DNA from: Octopus sinensis
Taxonomy: Eukaryota
Assembly (NCBI RefSeq): GCF_006345805.1
Contig: NW_021834487.1
Location: forward strand, 1 to 64,000
DNA: 64,000 nucleotides
Direction: 5' to 3'
How positions within the stretch are numbered: position 1 is the first letter of the stretch; every line of letters starts with the position of its first letter. Of the stretch, positions 1 to 13,749 are shown in pieces. A program made the translations under genes and the position numbers. Under the pieces are notes generated by a model, which had not been told where the DNA came from, did no database searches, and worked only from the letters and a program-made list of their open reading frames with translations.

Positions 1-280
1 TGGAAGAACAAAACGTATGTCTCAGTGCACCGAAATTGTTGCGAATCGTCGAGGTCCAAATACTGACAGACTCTTTGTTAGATTTATATGTTTCCTCGTG
101 GGATATTAACCGTCAAAATTATTTTAAAACCATGATTTTCCATATATATTATACGCGCGCGCTAACACACACGCGTACACACACATACACATTATCATAA
201 AAACGCATATACTTACACTTAAACTCGCACACACAAACACACACGCGCGTTCACCTATATGTATACATGTATACATGTAG

Positions 281-290
281 ATAGATAGAT

Positions 291-330
<40 letters not shown>

Positions 331-341
331 ATAGACAGACA
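281..341. repeat. (GATA)n/(GACA)n microsatellite
   Basis: Direct tandem tetranucleotide run. Confidence 0.95.
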
Positions 342-641
342 GACAGAACTGTCTGTGTGTGTGCCTTTGCTTGCACACGTATGTGTATATGAGTATAAGC
401 ATGCTTGTATGTATGTATGTATGTATGTATGCATGCTCGATTGTCTATATGTTTCCTTTCATCATTTTCGGTTACTTGAATTTGATCACTTTGGGGTACG
501 GCTTTGCTGGCTACAGTCGATTATACACTTCCTCATACATAGATATACACATGCATATCAACATGCACACAGATATGTACCTCTGTGTGTGTCTGTGTTT
601 TTTTTTTTGTTGTTTTGAGTGTGTTATAATATATATGCTAA

Positions 642-880
642 GGCGGCTCGCTGGCAGAAACGTTAGCACGCCGGGCGAAATGCTCAGCAGTATTTCGTCT
701 GCCGCTACGTTCTGAGTTCAAATTCCGCCTAAGTCGACATTGCCTTTCATCCTTTCGGGGTCGATTAAATAAGTACCAGTTACGCACTGGGGTTCGTTGA
801 TATAGTCGACTTAATCCGCTTGTCAGTCCTTGTTTGTTCTCTCTGCGCGTAGCCCCTTTTGGGCAGTAAAGAAATAAGAA
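642..880 (+). mobile_element. tRNA-derived SINE, family A, near full length
   Basis: Starts GGCGGC..CTGGCAGAAACGTTAG (A-box-like), has GAGTTCAAATTCC (B-box-like), body GTCGAC..CCTTTCATCCTTTCGGGGTCGA; more than 10 homologous copies in the window. Confidence 0.9.
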
Positions 881-2252
881 TATTTGTTTTTTCCATGACT
901 CACTGTCTTTCAGTCTTAGCATATTTGTTTGTATGCTGCTGTTCAAACTTTGCGAAACGCAACAAGTATTTCCCCTGTGGCTTCTAAAAGTCACCTACAT
1001 GCATTTCTCTCCAATATACCACCAATAACTCAGCCGTAATCTAAAGGTTAAAACTGATGTCGCGTACCAGCCGCTGACTTGTTGGTCCAATAACTGGAGA
1101 TGCTGCGCACAACGAAAATAAACAGTTAAAAACATTTGGATATAGGATATTAGCAGAAACGAATCAGGAGTCTTAGAACATGGAGATCTCATCGTTGAGC
1201 GCTAGCTTCGTCGGGGTTGTGTAGATTACGAGAAGAGGAACAAAAATAATAAATAAATAATACATGTATTTCCCATGATTTCACACGTGCACATCCGTAT
1301 ATGTGAGAGAGAAACAGAGAGAGAGACTTAGAGAGAATGGCAGAAAGAAATAGAAAGGGCAGACAGAGTGAGAGCGAGAAAGAGTGTTTGACAAGAGATT
1401 ATAAACGGAATTGCGTGGAACAGAATTGTGTATTTGCTTGCATCATTATGCTGTTAGTAGCATTATTTAGTTCTACCTGAAGCCTGGTTGGATTGTCGGC
1501 AATCTCATTAACCCGAGGAGGATATCCATCAGATTTAACTTCTGTGGAACCGCATGTAATTATATAAAATTGTCAGGGTTACAGTCCGATTGAAGACTGA
1601 ACGTTTGATGTCAAGCATGAGATAAAACTGCTATGTTACTCTCCCCATGTCGCTTTCTATACTTATGTTTGTCTTCGGAATTTCAGATTAGTGCAGTGTC
1701 AAAAATTTAAACTCCATCATAAATCATTTGTCCCCCATTTACTCTGGTTACTCGCCAATGATTTTCGAGCAAAATAAAACTCTGGTGTCTCGTTTTTGAA
1801 AATTTCATTTGCTTACGTCTTCTATCTGTTGTATTTGTTCTCGCATGCCTTTTCTTGCCTTCGAACTGGGGTAAAACATATTTTGATTCATAGGCAAGCC
1901 TATAAACGCTAATGTCAGGCAACCGTCGTCCCAATGTAAGAGATATTATTTTGATCATGTACTGACAACCCTCTGCTTCTTGACGGGAGTTTCTTAGATA
2001 TGATTGATAGCATATTTCCAACATAGGAAGATGTTGCCTACAACTTGTTCAGATTTCAGAGCCGCAAAAAAATCTTACGTTTTGTTATTCGGCAGATCAT
2101 AGTCATCATACACAGACGGCTCAAAATAAACAGACACGCCTCATTTTACTGTTTACCTGTGCCGACACTAACTGGCGATTCAGACTTGAAATGTATTATT
2201 ATTTATCATTTTAGATAATGACATAATTGTTACACTCAGCGAAGGAACTAGC

Positions 2253-2600
2253 CATACCACGAACACCAAAAGCATAAAAGCTGTCTGATTTTCAAACAGA
2301 TCAGTCTGAGGGTTGCACAAAACTTAGAGATTCCTCTTGACACAGTCAACGGAGTGATTGTGCAATTTCTTAGCAAGCGCAAAGAATCAACTGCACCCCA
2401 TTTAGGTTGATCTGAGCCTCTGGCAAATGTTTTCAGGATGTCGAGCGAATTGTCGAAAATAATCCCCGTTGTAAAGCAGCTGAAATAGCAGAGCATTGCC
2501 AAATATAGATGAAGTACTTATGTGATAAGTCTTCATCAAGTTGTCCACTAGGATAGAACAGCTAAAAGGGAAACCTATTCTTCGACCAGCAAATATCCAA
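2253..2600 (+). pseudogene. Decayed Tc1-like transposase, N-terminal (HTH) fragment
   Basis: Frameshifted reading gives PRT..AQNLEIPLDTVNGVIVQF..DVERIVENNPRCKAAEIA; homologous to the 5' part of the Tc1 copy at 34620-35556 (shared AGAACAGC..CTTCGAC..AACATC-type block). Confidence 0.7.
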
Positions 2601-4013
2601 AGAAGAAATAAGAAATAAAACTTTCAAAACAGATGGCGTCGATTTACTTTCGAGAGGTCCGTGCCTATCTTTATTCCCAGAAGGGCAAAGATTGTGCTCG
2701 TACATTTTATTTAGTGCTGGATCTCCTGCCCGATATCTTCTGTGAAGTAGAATTTAACCCATTATCTGTATATTGCTAAAGATTACCAACATGAAAACTT
2801 CTGTACAAATTCAAAGAAAAAAGAAGGAAAAACAAAAAAAAAAAATAATGATAATTGCTCTTTCACTATGATCTTGTGTGTTTGGAGTATTTGTTAGCAT
2901 TAGGATTCTTTTTGTTGATAGATTTCTCCGTTGAGTTGAGCATGAAGGTTTCTGTGAATTACTGACGAAACTGGATATTCAGCTTTTGATGTAGGTGTCA
3001 ACAACTGATTAGAATCACCGGAACTTTCAGTAGCCCTCGTTAATTTATATTAATTGACACCTTCATTGACAACCCACATCATTCGTCTGAATTAACTAGT
3101 TCTTAAATCCTACACACACATGAACAAACATAAATACTACACACACATGAAGAAACATATATATATAAATCCTACACACAAACGAACGAACTTATGTGTG
3201 TGCTTGTCTGTCTGTGTATTTATGTATATATACACACATATAAGTGCGTATGTGTTTGATTGTGCGTGCATGTATGTATATGACGGGAGATAATTTACTC
3301 TTCAGGTGAAGTAGATCTTACTTGCAGTGATTTACTTTACTTTGTTGCTACTCCGAGTTCCTTGACATATGCTTATTTCAACAATCTCAGAATAGTGAAA
3401 ATTAGTGAAATTAAACTTCATTTGATCTCCGAACCTAACAGAGCAAAACCATATATTCTGACATTACAAAGTATTTAATCCGTTACCTAAATTATTTTCA
3501 TTCAGGACTTCAATGTCAAATACTAATCTCTGATTTCAGCTTAAGGCTACACGTTTTGAGTCATTTGAGTGAAGTTCAGTACTTCCAGAATGAAATAATT
3601 GAATTGTAAAGAACAGTAAACGAGATTGTAGGTAGGGCTCAAGCAAGGATGCCCATCCTCATTTTTGTATATTTCTCATTTTTTAATTCATCATTCTATG
3701 TTTTATGTCCCCACTTGTACTGTCTTGTCTCTCCTTGTATCGTCGTTCTCTTTGCTTTGGAGCCTCGTGCCTAATAAAGAATCAGTGAAATTCAGCACTT
3801 GAAATCTTCTTTAATTTCTCGGATGGAAGGCAGGAAAAAAAAACATCGTCTTCATCGAGAATTGAACTGAAAATCTAAATGGACGGTGAATAGTGTAATA
3901 GGTTTAAACGTCAACTACCATTAATCTACCCAACGTTCCATTGACAAATAAATCTCACATAATCACAAAACTACTAACTTGGGGAGGGGGATTTATTATT
4001 ATACTTACCCTAG

Positions 4014-4429
4014 GGATTTTTCGGTTTGAACGGCAGTTTTTTCTAGCAGTGTCATATGAAATTGTCACCCATAATTATGACCTTAGTATCGATCTGCATT
4101 TCAATCTGGGTTAGGGTTAGTTAGGGTTAGGGGTGGGGGGAAGGTTATCTTTTTCTTCACAAATGTAAATAAACCCAATTTGTTTCTTAAATGAGGGACA
4201 TATTCATACGTCACAGAATGTTTTTTTACCTCAATAGACGTTAGGGATTGGTTGAAATTGCAGAAATTGAAGAAAAACAACAACAAATATCTTACAAACT
4301 ATAGAATTTTCTGAATAAAGCCAAGAGAAAAAGATGTTTTATAAACACATTCTTCCAGTATACGAAGTTTAAACTTTTTTAGTTACCTAGAAATTATGTT
4401 AAAAACCACCGTTTAAACCGAAAAGATCC
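4014..4429. mobile_element. Non-autonomous DNA transposon (MITE, 416 bp) with ~28-bp TIRs and 8-bp TSD; Merlin- or hAT-like
   Basis: Left end GGATTTTTCGGTTTGAACGGCAGTTTT; right end reverse complement GGATCTTTTCGGTTTAAACGGTGGTTTT; TACCCTAG duplicated at 4006-4013 and 4430-4437. Confidence 0.85.
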
Positions 4430-6087
4430 TACCCTAGTATATATCTGGTACTATTTTATCCACAAAGGAAGAATAACAAGTAAAACTAGTCTCGGTGAGA
4501 TTTTGAACTCACTAAATGCTACAGCACATTAAATATTTCTTTCAACTCTTTAATGACAATTATATTAATTATTAACTTACGCGCAAAATCTCATATTTTT
4601 GTGAGTATACTTTCGATTGCACTGACCCGTCTGTGGCTGGTTGTGATTTTATTCTCCCACTGAAGAATAAAAGACAGAGTGAACCTCAAAAGTATTTGAA
4701 TTTAAACCATAAAAGAATATAGCTAAACCTCGCAAGGTATTTTGTTCACCACTTTATAAATTCTTCCAGTGTTCTGACATTTTTACTACCAGACACTGCC
4801 AAATCTTCCTCACATTTCAGAATTTTAAATCAAGCTTTTATCAAATTTTATTAAAACTTCATCGATTATTAAGCATTTCCATTAGGGTGATGAAGTGTTC
4901 GAAGCGAATGAACGCCGGATTAAATGCCTTTTATGTATTTAGTTAAGGCCCTTTGTTGTTACAAATCCAAAAGATCTCGAAGCCAATTTGCTTTCACTCA
5001 TGTAGCATTAAATCAGATGACCAGATATAATCTTTCCCTATAAGATGTTTGTACTTGTGATGAAGCTAGAAATTTAAAAAGAATTAGTACACTTCAACAC
5101 GAACGTTGATAGTTTCGACAGAAATCCGTTTAAGAAGACTTCATAGTAAATGTTTTTACTGTGATAATTCCACCTGTAAGGTCTTCAACATCTCAGCTCA
5201 CTAAGTTCTGGGAATCTCATAAGAGTGAAATTTATTAATATGATGGCCTGTGAAAAAGATTTGTAATAAGCAGTACCAAGCTTAAATCAATATGCAAGAA
5301 TGTTTCTTACAATAGGTAGGCGTACAACCAGAAATGATCTCGCTTCCAATTCACTTGCATTGCATCAGTTTGAGACAGCTGTGAATAAGTATCAGCTGAA
5401 TGGAGTTTATGAGTTCGTGAAAAGAAATAGATGTGAACGATTTCACATATTTACACAAGGCTGTAAGTTGTTGGAGAGAGATTGAATGTCACACAGTATA
5501 TATTTGTTACAAATTTGATTGACTATAGTAGAAAGGCATGGAGATAAATGCGACATCTGTCATTTTGTATTAGATCATAAACAGAGGCCACTATATACAG
5601 CAAAGCATTATTTATTACATTCCCACCTCCGGCTTGCGGATTGTATTGTTGGTTAAACACACTACTTCTATTCACTGACAGCGTTTCATTGATACTGGAA
5701 AATTATAGTCGGGATTTGATCTCAGAACATTAAACAAACGCAGATAAACACTAGTTCAAATCTTTCCCGTTTTAACTTTTACGACTCCCAATTCAAACTT
5801 CGATAAAATGAAGTCTGAATGAAATATTGGAGTTGTTCAGGTCGACTACACCGTGCGTCTGTTACAGCACCTTGTAGTGATAAGTACAAAAGGTTAGAGA
5901 AGTAGTAAATTAATAGGAATTTTTAGGGCGTCTAACTAAAGACATTTAGTTACAATCTTCACGTTTCAGACTGACTCTTCACTCGGGTTCAACTAAAATA
6001 AGTACTAGTCAAAACGCAGGTTGAGATATTTGTCTCTTTATAATAATATTGGTTTCACATCTTACCATAAGGCAAGCAATTCTGAGG

Positions 6088-6470
6088 TAGGGATTAAGTC
6101 GACTGCAGTGTTTAACTGCTATCTATTTTATCAATCCTGAAAGGAGAAAAGGCAAAGACGGTCTCGGCTGAATTTGTGCTTAGAACGTAAATATGGCTGA
6201 AATGCCGCTTAGCATTTGGCCTGGTGTGCAAACGATTCTGCCAGCACGCCGCCGTTGTCTCTGCATTAAAATTAATTTCAAATTTTGTCCTCGGCAGAAA
6301 GGGTAAGTCGATTACATCGATCCTGGTACTCAGCTGGTAATTATTTTATCAACCCCGAAAGGATGAAAGCAAAGTCGACCTCGGCGGAATTTTAACTTAG
6401 AATGTAAAGACGGACGAAATGCCGTTAAGCATTTTGACCGGCATGCTAATGATTCTTCCGACTTACCGCC
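6088..6470 (-). mobile_element. Two adjacent partial family-A SINE copies
   Basis: Homology to 642-880 on the minus strand (about 6088-6253 and 6296-6470). Confidence 0.8.
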
Positions 6471-7689
6471 TTGTCTTTCTTTTAAATATTAGAAATCATT
6501 CGTAAAATGCGAGTAAGGATAAAATACCCGATCAAATATATAGGCTGATACAAATCCAGTCAGCGTTGATTTGCGGAGTTTCTGCGCATCATAAATTTAC
6601 ATGTTAATGTAAATGTATAGTTTTGTAATTCATGAAAGGAGTGTTCACTGGAAAGAAAAAAAAACATTCGATCGTATCTAGTCCATTTTCTTTTCAATTT
6701 AGTTTATAACCCAGTCATGATTATCATTTTGTAGCACTGTCTTGGGTCAATTAAAGCCAAGACAATTCGTTACATATATCGTCATAATATAGGAATGACG
6801 TCACATTCTTGTGTAGATATAGCATAACACTATCATCGATTGAATTGTTCCTCGTACGTCACCGCTGCAGTATATTGCCAAACACAGAAGGATAAAAGGT
6901 AAACTTTACCTTGGCGAGATTTGAACTTTTAATCTGAAAGGATCATTTTCTTACAGGAGAGTTTTATGGCGAATATACTGTTAGATGTATGTATGTATGT
7001 TCTGCTATATGTATGTATATATATATATAATGCTGGTGTTGTATATTTTTCAGTACCCACCAAGGTTGATTTAAGCTTTCACTACTCTGAGGTCAATAAA
7101 ACAGTTGCTCATAATGCGCTGGAGTTATATGAAGTCTCCTAAGATTGATTTTTCTGTTTATCTTTTCTAATTCTAATTCATGGTACTGTGCTGATGTTAA
7201 AAACCATATTTGAGTATTCCTACCGTAAAGGTGTTTGGTGGAGGTATAAAAAAGCACTGGTTGCAGCCTGTTCAGTTTCTCAATCCATTCTTTCACTAAA
7301 AGTTATTCTGTCTAGCATAAATGTAATTGAGAATTTGTGGCATAAAACCAGTTACAACTGTGCCTTCTTTAAACTAAAAGCCTTGGCGGATCAAGTGACT
7401 TCACCATACGCTGAGAATGGATCTAGAGCGATGGCTTAGTGCAGCCAAACAATAACTAGCGTTGCACGGTTAAAATCTGGCTGAAAGTAATGGACTTCAC
7501 TTGGGGACTGGACTTGGATCAAGACATAGAGATACACTAAAGATTGATCTGAATGGCATGGAATCGTGGAAGACTGATTTCACATAAGATATATTCATCT
7601 ATGAATCACATATAAATCTATTTTACATGAGGTTCCCCAATAATATTTGTTTCAAATCTTGACACGAGGTCAGTAATTTCGAATAAGGG

Positions 7690-7862
7690 AGTAAGTTAAT
7701 TACACCGACCCCCACTTTTTCACTGGCACTTATCTTATCGAACATGAAAGAATGAAAGACCAAGTCGACATCGGCGGAATTTGAACTCAGAGCGTTAAGA
7801 CGGACGAAATGCCGCTAAACATTTTGCCTGGTGTGCTAACTATTCTGCCAGGTTTTCGCCTT
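7690..7862 (-). mobile_element. Family-A SINE
   Basis: GTCGACATCGGCGGAATTTGAACTCAG...AAATGCCGCTAAACATTTTGCCTGG, reverse complement of family A. Confidence 0.8.
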
Positions 7863-8469
7863 GCGTCTGCCAATAATGTTGGTCTCAAATTTTCGCACAA
7901 AGCCAGCAATTTAGGGTCAGTGGATAAGATAACTTCATCACTTTCAAATAAAGTACAGCTACAGAACTCATAGGTCACAAAGAATTAGCAATACCGCCAT
8001 TCAACTTGACATTAATACAGTCCACATTTTTCAAGAGTTTAGACTGTGTCCCCGGCTTCAGGGTTTCAACATATTATTCTATTTGTCCCCACCAGTCTTA
8101 GCGGTGCGACAAAATGGAACTCGCCGCTTTTTCTTCTTCGACTAAGACAAAATAAAAAATTTATAAATGATTAAATAAAATACACTTGATTCGAACAAAA
8201 ATTTTCGATTGACACTCCTATGCTATTGGTTACAAAACTAAACATTGACATATGAATCTGTGGTGTTAAAAAAAAAAAACGTAGCTATGGTTGTGCGCAG
8301 TCATTTGGTACAGTAGACAGCGGAAAAATAGCGCACACTAAACATTGAAAGTGTGTGTTATTGAATTCATCATCACAGGTGGCAATTGTTTGATTGTTAA
8401 TTTATTAGCTTTAGTTTTTTTTTCTTCTTTTATGCAGATAGGAGTGAAATGTAAACATTCTGCTGAAGT

Positions 8470-8791
8470 AACAAGTTGCATGCGCACACATACACACGTG
8501 CATACATACATACATACATACACACTCATATGCACGTGAGCGCACGGCGTGTGTGTATGTGTGTGTGTATGTGTGTGTGTGTATAGGTACGAATGTATTT
8601 GTGTGAATGCGTATCTAAGAGCACATTTATGTATGTGTTCGTGTGGATGTGTGTGCATATATAGGTGTGTGTGAGTATATGTGTGCTTGTGCGTGTGTCC
8701 TTGTTAGTGTGTGTAATGTGTAGTAGCATGTGTAGTAGCATAGTAGTAGTAGTAGTAGCAGCAGCAGTAGTAGTATTATAGTAGTAGTAGC

Positions 8792-8826
<35 letters not shown>

Positions 8827-8843
8827 AGGTGGTGGTGGTGGTG

Positions 8844-8874
<31 letters not shown>

Positions 8875-9075
8875 CAGCAGCAGTAGTAATAGTAGTAAAC
8901 CAATCAGACAGATATGTGCACAATATATGTGAATACATACGTACAGACCCACACAGGTATACAAAGCCATAGATGCGCATTCACATACACACGCATATAC
9001 CATAGACACCAACGTATACGTGTGTGTATATGTGTGCATATGTATGCGTCTGTGCGTCGGTATGAGTATGTGTTT
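8470..9075. repeat. Compound microsatellite (CA/TG)n + (TAG)n + (GGT)n
   Basis: Direct inspection; source of the spurious poly-Y/H/T/L ORFs. Confidence 0.95.
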
Positions 9076-10057
9076 ATACATTCATAGTATTCCTTATATA
9101 TGTATGTCTGTCTCTCTGATTGCTGTGTTATTGTGAGTGTCATAAAATGCTAGGTGGATGGCGTTGTAGAGAAAGTATGGGGGCTTGATTCAGTCACGTA
9201 TACATGAGTGAATAAATTGAGTTCTTTTGTGTAATTATTATGTAGGTGTATGTCTCAATGTGGGTGTATTGCTTTCTGCTTTTGTTTTTTTTTTTTTACG
9301 TATGTGTGTGAGTGTGTGTGTGTGCGCACTCGCACGCGTGTGTGTGTCTGCGTGTGTGTGTGTTTTATGTCTAACTCGAGGTCTGATGGGCAACTAATTT
9401 TGTGAATCGTGTAAAGTAGTAGAGTCGCCTGAATCTTTTCCTCATGTTCTAAATTGCAATTCTATAGACTTCTAGCCGCTCCAGCTTTATCAACTGTAAA
9501 TATCTTCAAGATATGATGGCGCCTCAACTTGGAACTCGACCTACAAGAAACAACAGCAAAATCTTTCTCAAATCGCCATTACAGTCTGAAAACTATAAAA
9601 AAAAAAAAAGAAAGTGACATGCTAGTTTCGACTGGAATGTTTTAGTTCTGTCTGATTTGGGTTTTAATTTACAAGAAATATCTAAAATTCTGTTTATTTA
9701 AATATTTAAATACTTTTACTGAATTCTAGATTGGTTGAATATAACTTATGTAGTAATAATTCAGTTTCAGTGCCACACTCACGGTTGCTATATAAGTGCC
9801 TTTTGCTGTTGTGTCTCGTATTTCTTCAAAACGAAGTTACAATGGAAATTCAAATGTACATGTTCACTTTTCTTGGACAGATAACACTTTCTGGCGTTCA
9901 AGTTATTTTCCCTTTTTCTCTAAAAAAAAGACATTTATTTCATAGCGTCTTGTGCGGAATATTCACTACTGAGCAGTTAGCTCGCAGACACTCACCTTCA
10001 GTCACACATTCAGCCATTAACACACACACACACACACACATACCTAAAGGCATACAT

Positions 10058-10460
10058 AGGAGCAGGCTGTACGGTACGAAGCGTGCATCCCACCCAAATG
10101 GATCGGGGTTCAGTCCCACTCCTGCAGCTTCGGTATGTGTTGTTGATTATTGCCTCAGACCTGTCAAAGCCTTGGGAGTGGATTTAGTAGACGCAAACTG
10201 AAAGAAGCCCATCGCATATACATATGTGTGTGTGTGTTTAGGCATCTTTATGTCTGATTTTATTCCACTTCACCGCTTGACAACCGGTTTCGGTGTATTT
10301 ATGTCCTTGCAGCGGTTCGGCCAAAGGAATCGATAGAAAAAGTACAAGCAAAAAAATAAAACAAGTATCAAGTACTGTGATCGATTCATTCGACTAAAAA
10401 TAATTCAAGACGGTACCCCAGCATAGCCGCAGTCTAATAACTGATTAAAAGATAAAAGAA
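10058..10460 (+). mobile_element. tRNA-derived SINE, family B, diverged
   Basis: GGGTTCAGTCCCAC B-box-like motif, GAAACTGAAAGAAGCCC, internal (TA)(TG) tract, 3' CCCCAGCATAGCCGCAGTC. Confidence 0.8.
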
Positions 10461-10734
10461 ATATTTGATTGGCACTGCGCCAGTTATGCTGCGTTATTCT
10501 ATACTCAATGTTTCGACAATGATATACAAGTAAAGTGACGATTAAACGATTATAGCTTATGCAATAAAGCATACGGCTGAATCTATTTTCTCTTATTCAT
10601 GTGCATATTTAAATTGGAACGTCAGTTTTCCTCGTTCATATTTGAAATTTTTGCGTTTTTATAATATTATATGCTTTTATTCATTCCCTAACTTGAAGGG
10701 CATACAACAAAAAGCAAGCTGACACGCTTTATCA

Positions 10735-10783
10735 ATGTACCTGATGACACCCAAACTAATGGGTTGAAACATATGTTGTACAT
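10735..10783 (+). ncRNA. Minimal type-I hammerhead ribozyme motif
   Basis: Stem I ATGTAC/GTACAT; core CTGATGA; stem II ACCCA/TGGGT preceded by a C-T mismatch at the core-closing position; GAAAC; palindromic AACATATGTT; GUU cleavage triplet; AATAAA just downstream. Confidence 0.8.
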
Positions 10784-10864
10784 AATAAAAGTGTAATACG
10801 AAATCCATATCCTACTATTAATCAATACTATTACATTAACTGCCACTGCGGTGTTCCTCAAGTA

Positions 10865-11183
10865 CAAAGAACCTATGTACTTGAGCGCTACCCGATACAC
10901 GTTAAGACAGTTCTGGTAAGCGCTGGGGCCTAAGGGGACAGTAGAGAAAAAGGAGGAAGGCAGTTGGTAGGAAGGCAGTTGATTGAGGGACTCTATGAAT
11001 TTATTAAAATATTATTATAGTATTGTATACAAATTATATAATACATTTATATCAAATGATTCATAGTATATATAAATTAGTAAAATATAAAATATTTATT
11101 TATACATAAAAATAGGCGTGGAATGCTGGGGGTATTATATGGCCATGATGTGGGCAGTGGCCCAAGATGTTTGAGAACCTCTG
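10865..11183. mobile_element. hAT-like MITE remnant
   Basis: Right end GTTTGAGAACCTCTG (reverse complement CAGAGGTTCTCAAAC, hAT/Charlie-type TIR); CTCAAGTA repeated at 10857-10864 and 11184-11191; left TIR poorly conserved. Confidence 0.5.
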
Positions 11184-11300
11184 CTCAAGTAGATCCACTG
11201 GAAGTGTACCTCAACTGCGAATGACAACAGACAGGCTAAACTGTGCCGGTGCTTTATTCAGCATTTAAACATACTAATCGAATTATACTTATTTCACCAA

Positions 11301-11344
<44 letters not shown>

Positions 11345-11400
11345 CTATGTATGTATGTATGTAAAAATGTATGTATATACCGAGTATATGTATATATATC

Positions 11401-11637
11401 TTTTACTCTTTTACTCTTTTAATTGTTTCAGTCATTTGACTGCGGCCATACTGAAGCACCGCCTTTAGTCGAGCAAATCGACCCCAGGACTTATTCTTTG
11501 TAAGCCTAGTACTTATTCTATCGGTCTATTTTGCCGAACCGCTAATTTACGGAAAGGCAAACACACCACCATCGGTTGTCAAGCGATGTTGGGGGGACAA
11601 ACACAGACACACAAACGCAGATGCACACACACACACA

Positions 11638-11723
<86 letters not shown>

Positions 11724-11853
11724 TACGACGGGCTTCTTTCAGTTACCGTCTACCAAATCCAGTCACAAGGCTTTGGTCGGCCCGGTGCTATAGTAGAAGA
11801 CACTTGCCCAAGTGGAACTGAACCGGGAACCATGTGGTTGGTACGCAAGCTAC
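11401..11853 (-). mobile_element. Family-B SINE with expanded internal (CA)n(TA)n
   Basis: Reverse complement of the family-B pattern (GTCATTTGACTGCGGCCAT..GGAGCACCGCCTTTAGTCGAGCAAATCGACCCCAGGAC). Confidence 0.9.
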
Positions 11854-11990
11854 TTTATTTCATAACGATTTTCCATAGAGGCATTACAAAGAGTAGCTTG
11901 CGGGCTAGTCATAGACATTAATGAGGCGGATGATTATGATCATGATCAGAATTGATAAAAATTGAAGAAGGCCACAGAACCACACCTGCG

Positions 11991-12023
<33 letters not shown>

Positions 12024-12399
12024 TCTATACATGCGCTTATATATATACATACTCTATCCACCGCATTGAGATTCGAATCAGGTAATGTTGTTTGCACTAC
12101 GTAAATTACAGCTTTATATTATACCACTTTCTTACGATATGTATGTATGTATGTAATATATGTATGTATGTATATACGTATACATTGATAAGATTTCTAT
12201 TCAAGAGTGTTAGAGGTATTCCTTCTTAATTCATTCTTGACCACATTTCTATATTTCTATCAAACTACAGTGTTCTTGTTTCAAATAATTTCGCAGAAAT
12301 AATGAAAAACTTAGTGAAGATCGGTAAAATAATTTTACTCATTAATTTGTATAAAACTATGGTGTTCCAAGAATAATTTAACGATAAATTCTTACGTAA

Positions 12400-12965
12400 A
12401 AATAATATTCCAATCGACGTGATAACAATAACATTTGTCCACCACTCTAAGACTGGTGGTGATGGTGGTGGTGGTGGTGGTGGTGTTGGTGTTGGTGGTG
12501 GTGGCTTTGGTTTCTTTGGAGGTGTTGGTGCGGACAGTGTTAGCTGAGGCGGTGGTGCTACTACTGTTATTGATGGTATTTGAGTTGGTGATGTTGATAG
12601 TGTTGTTGTTGTTGTTGGTGGTGGTGGTAGTGTTCATGATGGTGGTTGGGTGGTGATGCGGGTGGTACTGGTTGTGGTGTCGGAGGTGAAATACTTATGA
12701 AAGCTGATTATTGCTCTATCATTCATCATTCACATGATGACGACAGTGGTGGTGGTGATTGATGGTAGTGATAGTGAGGTCGACGACAACGACGACGACG
12801 ACGATGATGATGATGATGACGGTGATGATGATGATGATGATTATGATGATGATGATGACAATGATGATGATGATGATGAAGAAGTTGTGTATGATGGTGG
12901 TAGTGGTGGTGATCAACCTCGTAGTCATGACGGTATAGGTGTTAATGATGATGATGATGATGAAA

Positions 12966-12997
<32 letters not shown>

Positions 12998-13045
12998 GAT
13001 TATGATGATGATGATTATGATGATGATGATGATGATGATTTGGTT
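12400..13045. repeat. Degenerate (GGT)n / (GAT)n trinucleotide array
   Basis: Direct inspection; yields the poly-D/V/T ORFs. Confidence 0.95.
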
Positions 13046-13522
13046 GGTACCACTTCAAGTCTGTTGCTGTGGAACCAAGTTTCTCTGTGATTTATTTATG
13101 TAGAAGAAGAATAAATAGTTATGCAGCACTGTCTGGACAATGTCAGGAATATCTTTGTGTAATGGTATCGTGTATGAGACAGTAGTATAGTGGTATCCCG
13201 GCAACGTGGAATAGTGAGCAGGTAAAGGTTTAGACAAGGTAACAAGATTAATCATCATAGTACCCCATTCGACAAAAACCGTAGATTCAATGTTTGCCAT
13301 TTTCATTCAACACACGATCGTATGGTCTTGAGTTCGATACCCGGAGGCGTATTACGTCCTTGGGCAACACACTTTATTTCACGTTGATCCAGTCTTTTCA
13401 GCTGGCAATAAATGAATGGTACATGTAATTCAAAAGAGCCAGGCTTAACATGTTCTGTGTCGCGCGTGACTGTGGGATACTCAGCCTCTTGTACGTTAAT
13501 TTAACGAGCAGGCTGTTCCGTT

Positions 13523-13649
13523 CATTATTTACATGTGACGAATATTTTCCCTGTTAACACAACGTTTCGGCTGATATACCCTCCAGCCTTCATCAGGTGT
13601 CTTGGGGAAATTTCGAACCTGGGTTCTCATTCGTAAGGTATTTTTTTGA

Positions 13650-13681
<32 letters not shown>

Positions 13682-13696
13682 TTATTGTTATTATTA

Positions 13697-13749
<53 letters not shown>

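Noticed and set aside
3627-3785. TG...CA segment with AATAAA, a possible solo LTR
   Set aside because: No TSD and no second copy in the window.
7093-7296. Possible CR1-type RT fragment (QIW...LEKINRK)
   Set aside because: The similarity is too weak to call by eye.
9780-9800. TATATAAG TATA-box candidate
   Set aside because: An isolated short motif in AT-rich DNA with no supported downstream exon.
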